A stretch of 63,976 nt of DNA, filler included, from Folioceros fuciformis (taxonomy: Eukaryota), in the NCBI GenBank assembly GCA_049999805.1. It is 11 parts of 11 records of this genome, joined end to end, with 100 filler letters (N's around TTAATTAATTAA, not from the genome) between each part and the next. Parts side by side here need not be neighbours in the genome. Positions count along the whole stretch, not along the records: positions 1 to 15,163 come from JBNGIO010002166.1; positions 15,264 to 17,655 come from JBNGIO010002167.1; positions 17,756 to 19,327 come from JBNGIO010002168.1; positions 19,428 to 22,196 come from JBNGIO010002169.1; positions 22,297 to 23,664 come from JBNGIO010002170.1; 6 more parts are not named here. One strand, 5' to 3'. Shown here piece by piece: positions 12,254 through 23,146 of the stretch (its first letter is position 1; the number at the start of each line of letters is the position of its first letter). Position numbers and translations under genes: made by a program. Below the pieces are notes generated by a model. The model did not search any database and had not been told where the DNA came from. It worked only from the letters and a program-made list of their open reading frames with translations.

Positions 12254-13712
12254 ATGAGCATCGCTGGAGGAAGCATGGCAGAGAAGGGTGCGCTGCAGCT
12301 GGCTGGTGGTCGGCAAATACCCAGTTTGGGTTTGGGGGTTTGGCGCACTCAGCCTGGATTGCTCCATGGCGTCATCCTGCAAGCCCTCCGCCTCGGTTAC
12401 CGCCACTTCGATTGTGCCGGTTTGTTTGCTCGCCACCTCTTTGCAATAACTTACACTTCCGTGCTTGGCCGCTGCTCGTTGGTGTCACTTCTACGCTCTA
12501 TTCCTGCTCTGCCTGCTTGTAGCTCAACGGCCCCGTGTGTTTGGTGCAGCTGACTACGGCAACGAGAAGGAGGTGGGAGCAGCTCTTGCTGATGGCTTGG
12601 CGCAAGGCTTGGTGAAACGTGAGGAGCTGTTCATCACGACCAAGGTAATGTGGCCGGCTTTGAGGGGTTTCAGGTATATTTGTCATGTCTGCATAGAAGA
12701 TGGCTGGATTAGGATAGAAGGGTATGGATGTGAAGACCTACTGCATTCTGCAGCTATGGAACTCCGACCATGGTCATGTCCGAGAAGCGTGTGAAGATAG
12801 TCTGAAGAACTTACGGTTGGACTATTTGGACCTTTACTTGATCCATTTCCCTTTGGCTACCCGACATACAGGTGGACGAGCGGTCTTGCACCAGCTCCAG
12901 CTTCTTTCTTTTCCTGCTTGCGCTTGCAATGAAGAGATTCAACTCGTCTTGTCTAAACAGGTGTGGGGACAACGGCCAGTGCAAAGGGTCCGGACGGCGT
13001 GCTTGACATTGATGTGACAATCTCCTTGGAGACAACCTGGCACGCAATGGAAGATCTTGTCTCTGCAGGCCTAGTTCGTCACATTGGCATCAGGTGAGCT
13101 TTGTCTGGAATCCGGATGCTGGTTTGCATTGTCGTGCATGCCCTCGCGAAGTCTAATCAATTGTCGTGTGTTCTTCCCAGCAACTATGATGTGTTTTTGA
13201 CACGAGACTGTCTCGCTTATTCCAAAATTAAGCCTGCCGTGAACCAGATAGAAACGCATCCTTATTTTCAGAGAGAAGACCTCGTCAAATTCTGCCAAAA
13301 GCAAAACATTGTGGTCACGGCCCACACGTGTCTGGGCGGAGGTTCAGCGAACATCGAGATGTTTGGATCGTCATCGCCATTGGAGGATCCCATAATTCAG
13401 GTGAGTGTAATGGTGTTTCCGTGTGCGGGATGTCGCGAATTGAGCAGGACGACTGTTGACGAGCGCCTTCTTTCGAGGCAGGAACTGGCACAGAAATACA
13501 AGAAAACTCCAGCACAGATTGCTTTGAGGTGGGGCCTCCAGCGACAGACGGTTGTTATTCCCAAGTCCAGTAAGTTGGATAGGATCCAGGAGAATATGAA
13601 TGTTTTTGACTTCGAGTTATCACGAGAAGACCTGGAGGCGATCAAGAAGTTGGACAGGGGAGCTCGCAGCAATCAGCCCGCATGCTTCTGGGGCATTAAC
13701 TTGTTCTCGTAG
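12254..13712 (+). CDS. Aldo-keto reductase, sorbitol-6-phosphate dehydrogenase / mannose-6-phosphate reductase-like, about 6 exons; start at 12254 or 12275
   Basis: [76 protein letters not shown]-terminal FWGINLFS. Confidence 0.92.
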
Positions 13713-13829
13713 TGGCTTTCCGATATGCTCGGGAAGATAGAAACAGCAGAAAGTGGGACAGACAAGTGCGACAGCGGTTGAACGATGACTATAGGTATCT
13801 GCGTTTAGGAGAAACTTTTCTGAATACTG

Positions 13830-15163
13830 TTACCGATGTATCTTTCCTGTTGGTAGTAGGTCCAGAAGATGTGCTGCCAGCATGTCGTTCCATATATCCG
13901 GTAGGCCTGGCAGACACCAGTGCAAGCAATCTTCATGCAACTTGCCTCCTGATTGGGCCGGATGGGCGTCGGCACGATACTCGCTCATGGGCGTCACATC
14001 CAGAAGTACAAAACTGGTTCCCAGAACAGCTGTGACTACGTGCTGGTTGGCCAGACGGGCCTCCGTGTTCGCACTGGTGGCGAAGAAGCGTTCGACCTGT
14101 GCGTTGCACATTTGACACAGTTGCTTGAGACGAGACGGCGCGCGACAAAAGCTCCTTGACAACCACAGCAACAGGGGGAAGAAAGTAGCACACACCTGCG
14201 ATGACAGGAGTGGTTGGTGGGAGCGACAAGAGCCTCCGTTGTTCCAGTCACCCCCGCTGAAGTGCCTAGGCGACTGTGTGCGGAAGAACTTGAATCCACA
14301 GGGCATGTTGTCATCCACAAACGCTATCTGCAAGTGCGAAGTCAGCTCAGCGGCAACTGTGACCACTCTGACAGGGGAACAAACTCGAAACGCAGCCAAG
14401 AAAGCGTGGAATACCATGTTGCGCAATACCAAGTCCAACCCTTCCTCGGGAGCCATTGGAGGCAGAATCGGCTCTCCTCCCCGGAAAAAGAGCAGCGGGG
14501 AATTCACGGGATGGAACTTGTCTGGAGCCCACCACCTGCACTGCCACAACCACCTCTCTACAGCACCGACTCCAACAACAAGCAGCACCAGCTCGGAGAA
14601 AAACGATGGCCCGTACCAATGCCCGGTGTTGAGGATGAGAACATTGTGCAGCAATGGCGCTTCCGCCCAGCTGCCCTGAGGAACATCCACATCGACTCTG
14701 TACCCTCTCTTGAACCCCAACTCCTCCAGTGTCCCATTCCCGCTCGCCTCCCACCTCCCGTACCGCGCCAGCAGAATAGTCCGGTGATATGCAATGGTGA
14801 GGTTGAAGGCGGGGAAAATGAGCCCCCTATCCGCCCCGCCAGGCCGCACCTTGACAGCCTTTCGGGCAGCACCTCTCAAGCTGCAGGCCAGCGAGATGTA
14901 CATGTTCCGGTTCAGCGAGTCTCCCACGAACCCTGCCACCCACGCCCCTCCCCCGCATCAGACAGCGGAGGGACCCGAGATCCAGCATTGGTGCGAGACT
15001 CACGCCTTCCTCACCAATGCTCCTGTTCCTGAAGCGCTCCAGAAACAGCCGCGGGTCCAGCTGCGGGAGATGACACCCTGTCGGAGACCACCGCCATCGC
15101 AGCAGAGAATGCGCGTTCCATTTCTTCCTGGCTGCACAGTTCCAGCCCTTGAAAATGTCTGGA
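13830..15163 (-). CDS. TBL13: Trichome birefringence-like O-acetyltransferase, TBL13-like; 5' end lost in gap
   Basis: IFKGWNC...WRWSPTGC, GFVGDSLNRNM (GDS motif), RPGGADRG, LNTGHWW, RTQSPRHF, DCLHWCLPG (DxxH motif). Confidence 0.9.
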
Positions 15164-15263
15164 NNNNNNNNNNNNNNNNNNNNNNNNNNNNNNNNNNNNN
15201 NNNNNNNTTAATTAATTAANNNNNNNNNNNNNNNNNNNNNNNNNNNNNNNNNNNNNNNNNNNN
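15164..15263. other. Artificial gap linker N44-TTAATTAATTAA-N44; also at 17656, 19328, 22197, 23665, 39287, 48422, 55192, 57839 and 60015 (100 nt each)
   Basis: Ten identical spacers; the 12-mer places stop codons in all six frames. Confidence 0.97.
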
Positions 15264-17303
15264 TGGCTAGGCTCTTCAGCCGCCACCTCCAGCCAACAGA
15301 CCCCTCCTGCCAGTCCTCAGCTGCCAACCTGCCTGCAGCTAGACCAGACTGCCTGCGCTGCAAGTGCTGGGTCACTCGCCGAATGGGTCCGCCTGCCCAG
15401 AGGCCGTAAGTTGGCTTGCCTAGATCAAGTTGCCACCGCTGCTTAGCTCCACCCCCTGCTCAGCTCCAGCAGCAGGCTTGGAGCCCTGCACATCTGCGCT
15501 CAACCATCCTTGTGTTGGCTCTGACCTTGGCGCGCAGGTCTAACAACCTGTTTGCCTGCCTGCCTCCCAGATCCGGCCAGATAACCAGCCTGCCCGGCCT
15601 AGTTGCCTCCGATTCGCCTGCCAGCCAACCTACCGGGCCTAGCTGCCTCACCGCTGCGGGGCTGCTTGCCTGCTCCTCACTAGCCAGCCGCTTGCCTGGC
15701 TCCAAGATCGGCCAGGCACAACCCGCTTAGTTCGCTCCAGCACCATCCGCAACCAGCTGATGGCGGCGCCTACCTGCAGCCTGGATCATGCCGAGGCCCG
15801 CCTAACTTGGATCCGCCAGCCTATGGGCTGCCTGCTCTGCTGGGTTGCCTGCTAGCTGCCTGCTGCTGTCCACACTGTTGGACCGCCTGCAGTTCCTTGG
15901 CGACCTATCCTCCAGCAGGCACGCCTTGCTTCGCAACCTTCCCGCAGTCAATGACCTCCTCGAGCTTTCCAGCCTCCATCTGATCGGGACTGGACAGCCA
16001 GGATCGGCTAGGCTACCGCTGCTGGGTTACCTGCATGCCGACGCTCCGGACTACCTCCAGCCCCGACCGGCCGCAGCCACCCAGCTCGACTACCTGCAGT
16101 CCACCTGGGTGCCGAGTCGCCAGCCGCCATGGCCTGCCTCCTGGATCTGGTGCTGCCGCAACCCCGAAGCGCCCTACCAGCCACCTGCACCCAGCCAGCC
16201 AGCCCTGTCCTCAACCCCCTTGGTCCGCTGATCAACCAGGCTTCCTACTCGACCCGGCCGTCTGTCGAACTCGTATGCTCGCCAGTCAGCGAGCTAGATG
16301 CTCCTGCTGCACTTCGGGTTGCATGCCTGCTGGCGGTCGGGTCTGCCGACTGCCTGCCTGCTGACGGCCCTGCTGATCCTTGCACCTGCAGCCCTCCGGC
16401 CCGTCGGATCCAACCAGGACCCCAGCCCAGCCCCGGATCCATGCCTGGCCTAGGTTCAGGCCCGACTCGCCACCACCGGCCCCGCTCCCGAATCGAGCAG
16501 CCAGCCACGCCACCGACCGGGTTTCAGCCTGCCCACCGGCCTGGCTAGCCGATCAGCCCGGCCCTCTGATCCAGCCAAGCACTTCACCCCCGAGTCCTCC
16601 CAATCAGCTCCTGGCGCTGCAGCCATCAGCTGCCCGACTCAAGCCCACCCCGACTAGCTCCTTGCAAGCCAGGCGCCTTCCTGCTAGCAGCTCCACCTGA
16701 CCAGCCGCCATGCCTAATCCGCTTAGGCAGCCGGCTTGCTAGTCAGGTTCCTCAGCAGCCAGGGGGCCCCTGGCTTGCTCCCGGCTGCCCGTGCCAGTCT
16801 ACGGGCTGGCTGGATCTAGTCAAAATCCCAACCCGGACCCGGTCAAGTCGCCTAGCCGAACTCGCTCCCTACAGCCCCCTGGCGACTTCAGCCCTTCCAC
16901 CCGTACGTAACCGCTCACATGCTCCCTTGGCTACCTAGCTACCCCTCGGAGCCGATGCTTCCCAGCCTTAGCCCCTCCCTGCGTGGACGTCTGCTCTCAG
17001 GCCTCGGCCTCACGCACCTCTACCTCCATCTTCCGCTTCCACCAGCAACCCCAAAGGGGACCCCGACTCACCTCCCATGACCCGTTCTAGGGTTCATGTT
17101 CCTGGTTACCTTATCCTAAGGAACTGGAGCCTGGAGCCCGTGTCTTATCTACCACACACCCTCTTAGACCCCATCGACTCACCATTAATCTAGCTACTAA
17201 TTTAACCTAATCTTCTAACCATTTCACTGCAAGATTCACTCAGAGATTCCAAAAAAAGAAATTCTACCATTTATCCGGGACTTATTCAGCATGTGGAGTC
17301 CAC
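15264..17303 (-). mobile_element. Probable long GC-rich 3' LTR of a Ty3/Gypsy element
   Basis: On the minus strand it begins TGTGGACTCC right after a purine-rich tract (17304-17320) that follows an integrase stop codon; low complexity with no coherent ORF. Confidence 0.55.
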
Positions 17304-17337
17304 ATACTCTCATTCTCATTTGTTGGCGTCCTCGCCA

Positions 17338-17482
17338 ACTACTGATAATATTTCTTCACCTGCCAGCCATTAACCCTAGTTGGCAAGTTAGGGCCGTTGA
17401 GGTAATGCAGTTGGATGGACCCATTCTCATACACTTCCAGCACCCTGTAAGGTCCCATCCATCTCAAGTCCAGCTTACCTGG
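17338..17482 (-). mobile_element. Ty3/Gypsy integrase C-terminal fragment (GPY/F module)
   Basis: Minus-strand translation PGKLDLRWMGPYRVLEVYENGSIQLHYLNGPNLPTRVNGWQVKKYYQ*. Confidence 0.85.
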
Positions 17483-17655
17483 TGTGAACCTCCAAATTTT
17501 GCGGTAGTAGTTTGTTTTGGTTGAAAAAGGGTTAATAGTGGTATGGTTTGGTTTTCTTTTTCAACTTATTTTTCCTAATTTTCCTTGATTTTCTGGTCAT
17601 TTTTCCTATTTTTCTTTGTGCTAATTGGGTTAATTGACCAGGAAATAGTGGGTTT
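17483..17655. mobile_element. LTR-like terminus inserted into the Gypsy integrase; inverted copy at ~60136-60308
   Basis: Begins TGTGAACC and is nearly the exact reverse complement of the sequence ending GGTTCACA at 60308. Confidence 0.8.
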
Positions 17656-17755
17656 NNNNNNNNNNNNNNNNNNNNNNNNNNNNNNNNNNNNNNNNNNNNT
17701 TAATTAATTAANNNNNNNNNNNNNNNNNNNNNNNNNNNNNNNNNNNNNNNNNNNN

Positions 17756-18191
17756 ATTAATATAATGTATTTATGCCTAAACGGGATTATATTTTAACAC
17801 CCTCTCATGGGGCCGCACGCAATTCCTGATGAGAGGTGCGCCAGGTGGTCGAGTGGGCGGCCTGCGATGGAGAATCCAGTTTCAGGCGCGCGCTCGAATC
17901 TGCCCCTACTGGGTGCGCCCTGCCTTGGCATGATTCCGGGATCCCTCCAAAGGTGTCAGCATGGCTCAGATACCATGAGAACAAAGCGATTAGGGAGCAC
18001 AGCGATTCTTAGAATAGTTCTATGTGTCTTACATTTGAATAATAAAAGAGATCAAAGTTTTTCATTGATGTTCCTGCTTAAATAGCAGTTTATTTGCCTA
18101 ACCATTCTACCCTCAACATATGTACCGTTTCGCCTGTGTTTATCTAGCACTTATACCTAAATATAGTTATAAGTACAAAGTATCTCTAACA
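17756..18191 (-). mobile_element. Miniature LTR-PBS-internal-PPT-LTR arrangement (TRIM-like or chimeric)
   Basis: Minus strand: TG...CA segment 18191-17976, tRNA-iMet-type PBS TGGTATCTGAGC 17975-17964, ~155 bp internal, PPT TGAGAGGG 17807-17800, then TGTTAA at 17799. Confidence 0.55.
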
Positions 18192-18374
18192 CATACTCAG
18201 CGCTACCTTGTGTAGGACTATTATCTCTTGCTTCTTCTTGCGTTGTTCGTGGCTATGCAAACTAGGTGTTTGTAAGAGCTTGTATGCAAGTTAGTGAAGC
18301 TTGATTGTAGTTATCAGTGCAAGAGAGTTTTTTTTTTTGTCTCCAACAGAGTGCAAACGGAGACTACATCAGTA

Positions 18375-19166
18375 ATGGAGACGTTCATAGGCAATAACTT
18401 TAGCCTATGGAAGTGGAAGGTAAGGTTGATACTTGCCCATAAAGGACTACTGGAATTTGTTGATGAAGGTCTAGGACATACACCCACCGCGGAAGACAAG
18501 CAAAACAATGCAAAAGCATTGTCAACAATCCTTCTAAGTGTGTTTGATGACATACTTTCACAAGTGGATGAAGATGCGATTGCGAGGGAAGCTTGAATGA
18601 CTCTTTGCAATATATATGACAAGAAGACCATGGTGAGCCAATTGTTGTTGACATGTCACCATGCAAAGGAATGTAAAACCAGGTTGGCAAACTTGAAGAA
18701 GGAGAAATCATCTCCAGCCAATGAAGTTAGCGACAAAAACCTAAAGGAACAAGCATTTGTGTGCTTCAGTCATAGGGATCAAATCCCTTCATCACGTAAG
18801 GATGAGAGTCTTTATGTTGACTCTGGTGCATCCCAACATTTCAGCTATGAGCTTCCTTGGTTCACAAGCGATGCGCAACTCCCAGCAAGCCAAATTGTGG
18901 CACTTGGTGACAATACATCAAAAGACATTAAGGGAAAAGGTGATTTACATGTCCAATTGCAGGGCGAAACCTTTGCACGTATTCAAGATGTGCATTATGT
19001 ATCTAATCTTGCACAAAATCTTCTTTCTACCGCAAAAATTGCAGATGCAGATCATGAGGTTGTGTTTAATTCTACCGGCTGTCGCATCCAAATTGTACAA
19101 CTTGAGCCGTCACACACCTCTATTGCTGCATGTGGTGTTCGTGTGGGGAATCTGTACAAATTATAA
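18375..19166 (+). mobile_element. Decayed Ty1/Copia gag-protease fragment
   Basis: NNFSLWKWKVRLIL gag start, in-frame stop at 18596, YVDSGASQH protease motif, DVHYVSNLAQNLLS, GNLYKL. Confidence 0.85.
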
Positions 19167-19604
19167 CGGCGTCTAAAATAAATCGGGTCTCTCCTCAAAC
19201 CCTTCTTTGGCTTTTTCTTTCACACAAAACCCTACGCGACACCCTCCAAATCTCAAGTGATCTACATGACTCCATGTTTTCAATGTGAACTATTGACTTA
19301 TTTGATCTGGACGCCACTGCTCAGCTCNNNNNNNNNNNNNNNNNNNNNNNNNNNNNNNNNNNNNNNNNNNNTTAATTAATTAANNNNNNNNNNNNNNNNN
19401 NNNNNNNNNNNNNNNNNNNNNNNNNNNATTGCTGCATGTGGTGTTCGTGTGGGGAATCTGTACAAATTATAATGGCGTCTGAAATAAATCGGGTCTTTCC
19501 TCAAACCTTTCTTTTGCTTTTTCTTTCACACAAAACCCTACGCGACACCCTCCAAATCTCAAGTGATCTACATGACTCCATGTTTCCATGTGAACTGTTG
19601 ACTT
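19122..19604 (+). repeat. ~175-bp near-identical duplication on either side of a gap (19122-~19297 and 19428-~19604)
   Basis: Both copies begin attgctgcatgtggtgttcgtgtgggg and differ by a few substitutions. Confidence 0.9.
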
Positions 19605-20636
19605 AACCCATTTTGAAAACCCAAATTGTGAATGGGCTAATGTTCAGGAACAAGGCGATCGTGAACTACATCTTCTAAAAGACAGATATTTGAATTACAC
19701 ATTGTTGGGTATGGCATGCTATGCAGTTAAATGTTGTGTCCGAGGACACCGCGAGGCCCACACAAACCCTCTATGTCGTTGTAGCCATGGGATTCGCTCC
19801 CAAGGGAATGATTTGTGCCAAGTATCACAGGTTTCTTCTAATACTGACTCTTACCTAGGTCAAGCCCTATCCACTACCGTTTCTACTACCCACTAGCTCC
19901 CTACCACTACCCCCGGTTAGCCTAGCTACCGCGGACCCTACTCTATGACTCTGGTCCCTATTCTACGACCGCGATCATTGCTTCCACGACCAGTAGTGGT
20001 CTCCACGACCGGTAGTGGTCTCCACGACCGTGGTGGGTCCCACCCAAAACCCTAACTAATATTTTCCGGCGTATGCGCCACCGCGGGTTTCTACCGAGGG
20101 GCTTCCCGACTCACAAGTCGGGTCTTATTGGGTACCCCTCACATATGCACCTATTGAGCCTCAGGAACCAAGACCCCGTGGATCAACCATGCTCCCCACA
20201 CGCACATGCAACACCCTTCACGCATGCAACCACACAAGAACTCTGGTGGACACCTATTCCTCACAAGTCCGTCCCCCATGCGTCTTCACTCCTCCAGCAA
20301 TATTCGCAAATGTCCAACAATCTCTCAGCAATTTCCTACAGGCCTCAACAATCGTCCATACTCACTCAGCACATAAAGAAACCGAAGCCTCAACCTGAGA
20401 CGTTTTCAAAGCAGGAAGTAATTCTTAATTCAATTCTAAATATTAAGAGTACAGTTTTGGAGTATACTACTAGGATTGATAACGTGTTGTCCAGGCAAGA
20501 GAAACTTGAGAGTCTTCGTGTTTCAAACCTGATGGCACTTGCAAAACAGGGGCAGGAGATTATTGAACTCAGGGAGCAATTAGCTCACCTGTCTGAAGCT
20601 TCTTAGGAACTCTCACTGAAGCGGCTCGCAGGCACA

Positions 20637-21437
20637 ATGTCGGGTGGTACTGCTGACATATCGTCAGACAGGCTGCAAGAAAAGGACAGACTTACCTCGA
20701 ATAATTATGATGCCTGGAGTTTCAGGGTGCGTTGCATCCTAGAAGAAAAACTGCTCATGGATGTCGTAGATAGCACTTTACCTAAGAAGGTTGTTGGAAT
20801 GCCCTCTGGATTAACAACACCAGGAGGCACAGTTAAGAATTGGAACTTAAAGGATGAACTAGAGTGGGCGTCCAAGGACAGGAAGGCACGTACCATACTT
20901 GTGTCTTCTGTCTCACAGCAGATGATCCCTCATATAAAACTGACCCAGTCCTCAAACGAAGTCTGGTCACTTTTATCTGAGACTTATGAGTCAAAAGACA
21001 TGATGACTCAGGTAGCTGCAACACTGCATTTCCAAAATCTTTGCATGAAGGAGACCGACTCTGTTGAGAGTCACGTTGCTAAGTTTAGGGCTGCTAGAGC
21101 CAAACTAGCATCTTGCGGAGTCATCCTGTCTGAGTTTAGGGCTGCTGTATAGCTACTAGCCTCACTCCCTCCTGGTTATGAGCAGTTCAGTTCCAATCAG
21201 CAAGCAACAGCAATTGTAGTTCCTGCCACTGCCACTCAGCCTGCATCATCAAACCTCACTGTTCAGAAAGTTGTTGGAGCCCTGTTATAGGTTGGAGCCA
21301 ACAGGAAACATATGCAAAAGGGAGCATCCTCTAGTTCTTACAAGCAGAGTGATACTGCCCTCTATTCTGTTAGAGGTCGAGGTAGAGGCAGGGGACGTGG
21401 ACGAGGTGGCAGAGGGGGTTTTGGAAGAGGACGTGGA
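20637..21437 (+). mobile_element. Ty1/Copia gag fragment, disrupted
   Basis: LTSNNYDAWSFRVRCILEEK, DRKARTILVSSV, FQNLCMKETDSVESHV, a stop at 21152 and an RG-rich tail. Confidence 0.85.
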
Positions 21438-22196
21438 TGTTGAAATAGCACCACAGGCATAGAAGGACTCCACAATTTCTTCCTTATGGTGCACAGGATG
21501 CTACATATATAGCCTTCAAGCGGGGCAACCCTCGATAAGGTAAGCCTTAGTCTCGATAGTATATCCTGATATATCCTGATAACACTTAGGTGATAGATAA
21601 TTACGAGTTCAATATGGGATAATCTACACTATCCTAAGTGTTGTATGCTCTTAATAACAATTCAGTTAGAGCTTGATTTCTAACAATCCCCCTCAAGCTC
21701 AGAGTATTTGTAACACTCCAAGTAGTTCACGAAAGTGTAAGAACTTATCTCTACCTAGCGACTTAGTAAAGATATCTGCTACCAGGTCTTCGGTCTTCAT
21801 GTGCTGAAGATCTATCTTCTCAGATAATACCGCTTCCCTGATGAAATGATAATGTACTTCTATGTGCTTCGACCGAGCATGAAACACAGGATTAGTAGCC
21901 AACCTCATGCTACTCATGTTATCACAGTAGATTGTAACCTTGCTGTTCACTATATTTCCAAGATCATGTAGCAACTTCTGCAACCAAGCTGCTTCACAGG
22001 CTGCCATTGCAACTCCTCGATACTTTGCTTTTGTGCTTGACAAAGCAACTGTCGGTTGTTTCTTGCTTTGCCAGCTGATCATACTACTTCCCAGACTTAA
22101 TGCATATCCATTGGTTGATCGTCTGTCATACGCACAACCAGCCCAATCAGCATCTGTATATCCTGTCAGTTCAAGATGCTTCCTATGCTCATAGAG
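21438..22196 (-). mobile_element. Ty1/Copia 3' end: RNase H, PPT and ~248-bp LTR (21438-21685), nested in the gag above
   Basis: GYTDADWAG, ISWQSKKQPTVALSS, YCDNMS, FHARSKHIEVHYHFIRE, ADIFTKSL; PPT TTGAGGGGGAT next to TGTTAG. Confidence 0.9.
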
Positions 22197-22947
22197 NNNN
22201 NNNNNNNNNNNNNNNNNNNNNNNNNNNNNNNNNNNNNNNNTTAATTAATTAANNNNNNNNNNNNNNNNNNNNNNNNNNNNNNNNNNNNNNNNNNNNGGCC
22301 TCCCTCCATCTGCAAGTAGACTTGTTTGGGGAGAGTGGGTGCGTGGGAACGCTTCCCTTCGCCGTCCTTCTCTGGTAGGTCGAGAAGGGTTCGTTCTTAC
22401 ATCGATAGGTTCTGAGACCGGATCCCCAAAGATCGAGACCTCACAATTTCTACTTTACAGGAGATTTCCAAGACAAGAATTTTCAAATTCACTCCTGAAT
22501 TAATCAAAGCCTCAGAATTATTATCTATAGAAGCAAGAAAACGATAAGGTTTTGAGGAAGATGAATCACAATCTAAATCTAAACCAGACCTATCCTTAGA
22601 ACATAAACAATGAATATCTGGTCTGGTTTGGTCATCTGGTCTAAAGGATGAAATAAAAGATTTTAGAAATCGTAACCTATCTTCTTGTGGAGAAGAAGTT
22701 AAAGATTGCTTAAAATACAATCTCACAAATTCTTCTTGAAAATTTGACTCTACAGGTAGAGAAATTTACTTATTCTCCACAACCCTATCATCAGCTAGCA
22801 ATGATTGCTTGTAGAAATTTCTATGAGGCATCATACCATGCATTAAAATAAAAAGAAATACATATTTTTTAAGCAGAATCAAGAACGTTCATATAATTCA
22901 ATAAAATAACAAAATTTTAGTAGAGCAAAATGACCAAATCAAACTCT

Positions 22948-23146
22948 GCTCTGATACCATGATAAATTGTGGAATTAGCATGTGCACAATCAGAAATGAA
23001 CACACGAAACCACTTATGCATTAGATTAGAAAAAGAAGAACACATTGTATATATCCTAAAACTAAAAGTAACTACCATAACTACCACTAACCCTAAATGG
23101 TAGTAATGTAACCATACTAAAGTAGTATTTTTAACAAACTCAAACA
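22948..23146 (-). mobile_element. tRNA-iMet PBS with adjacent LTR remnant
   Basis: gctctgatacca at 22948-22959 (reverse complement TGGTATCAGAGC) abutting TG; the far LTR end is approximate. Confidence 0.65.

Noticed and set aside
15416..16700. Many Pro/Ala-rich ORFs (also 45106-46732)
   Set aside because: GC-rich low-complexity LTR-like DNA with no domain motifs.
19122..19604. Duplication as a paired LTR
   Set aside because: It includes coding sequence and straddles a gap; more likely a haplotype overlap or a second TE copy.
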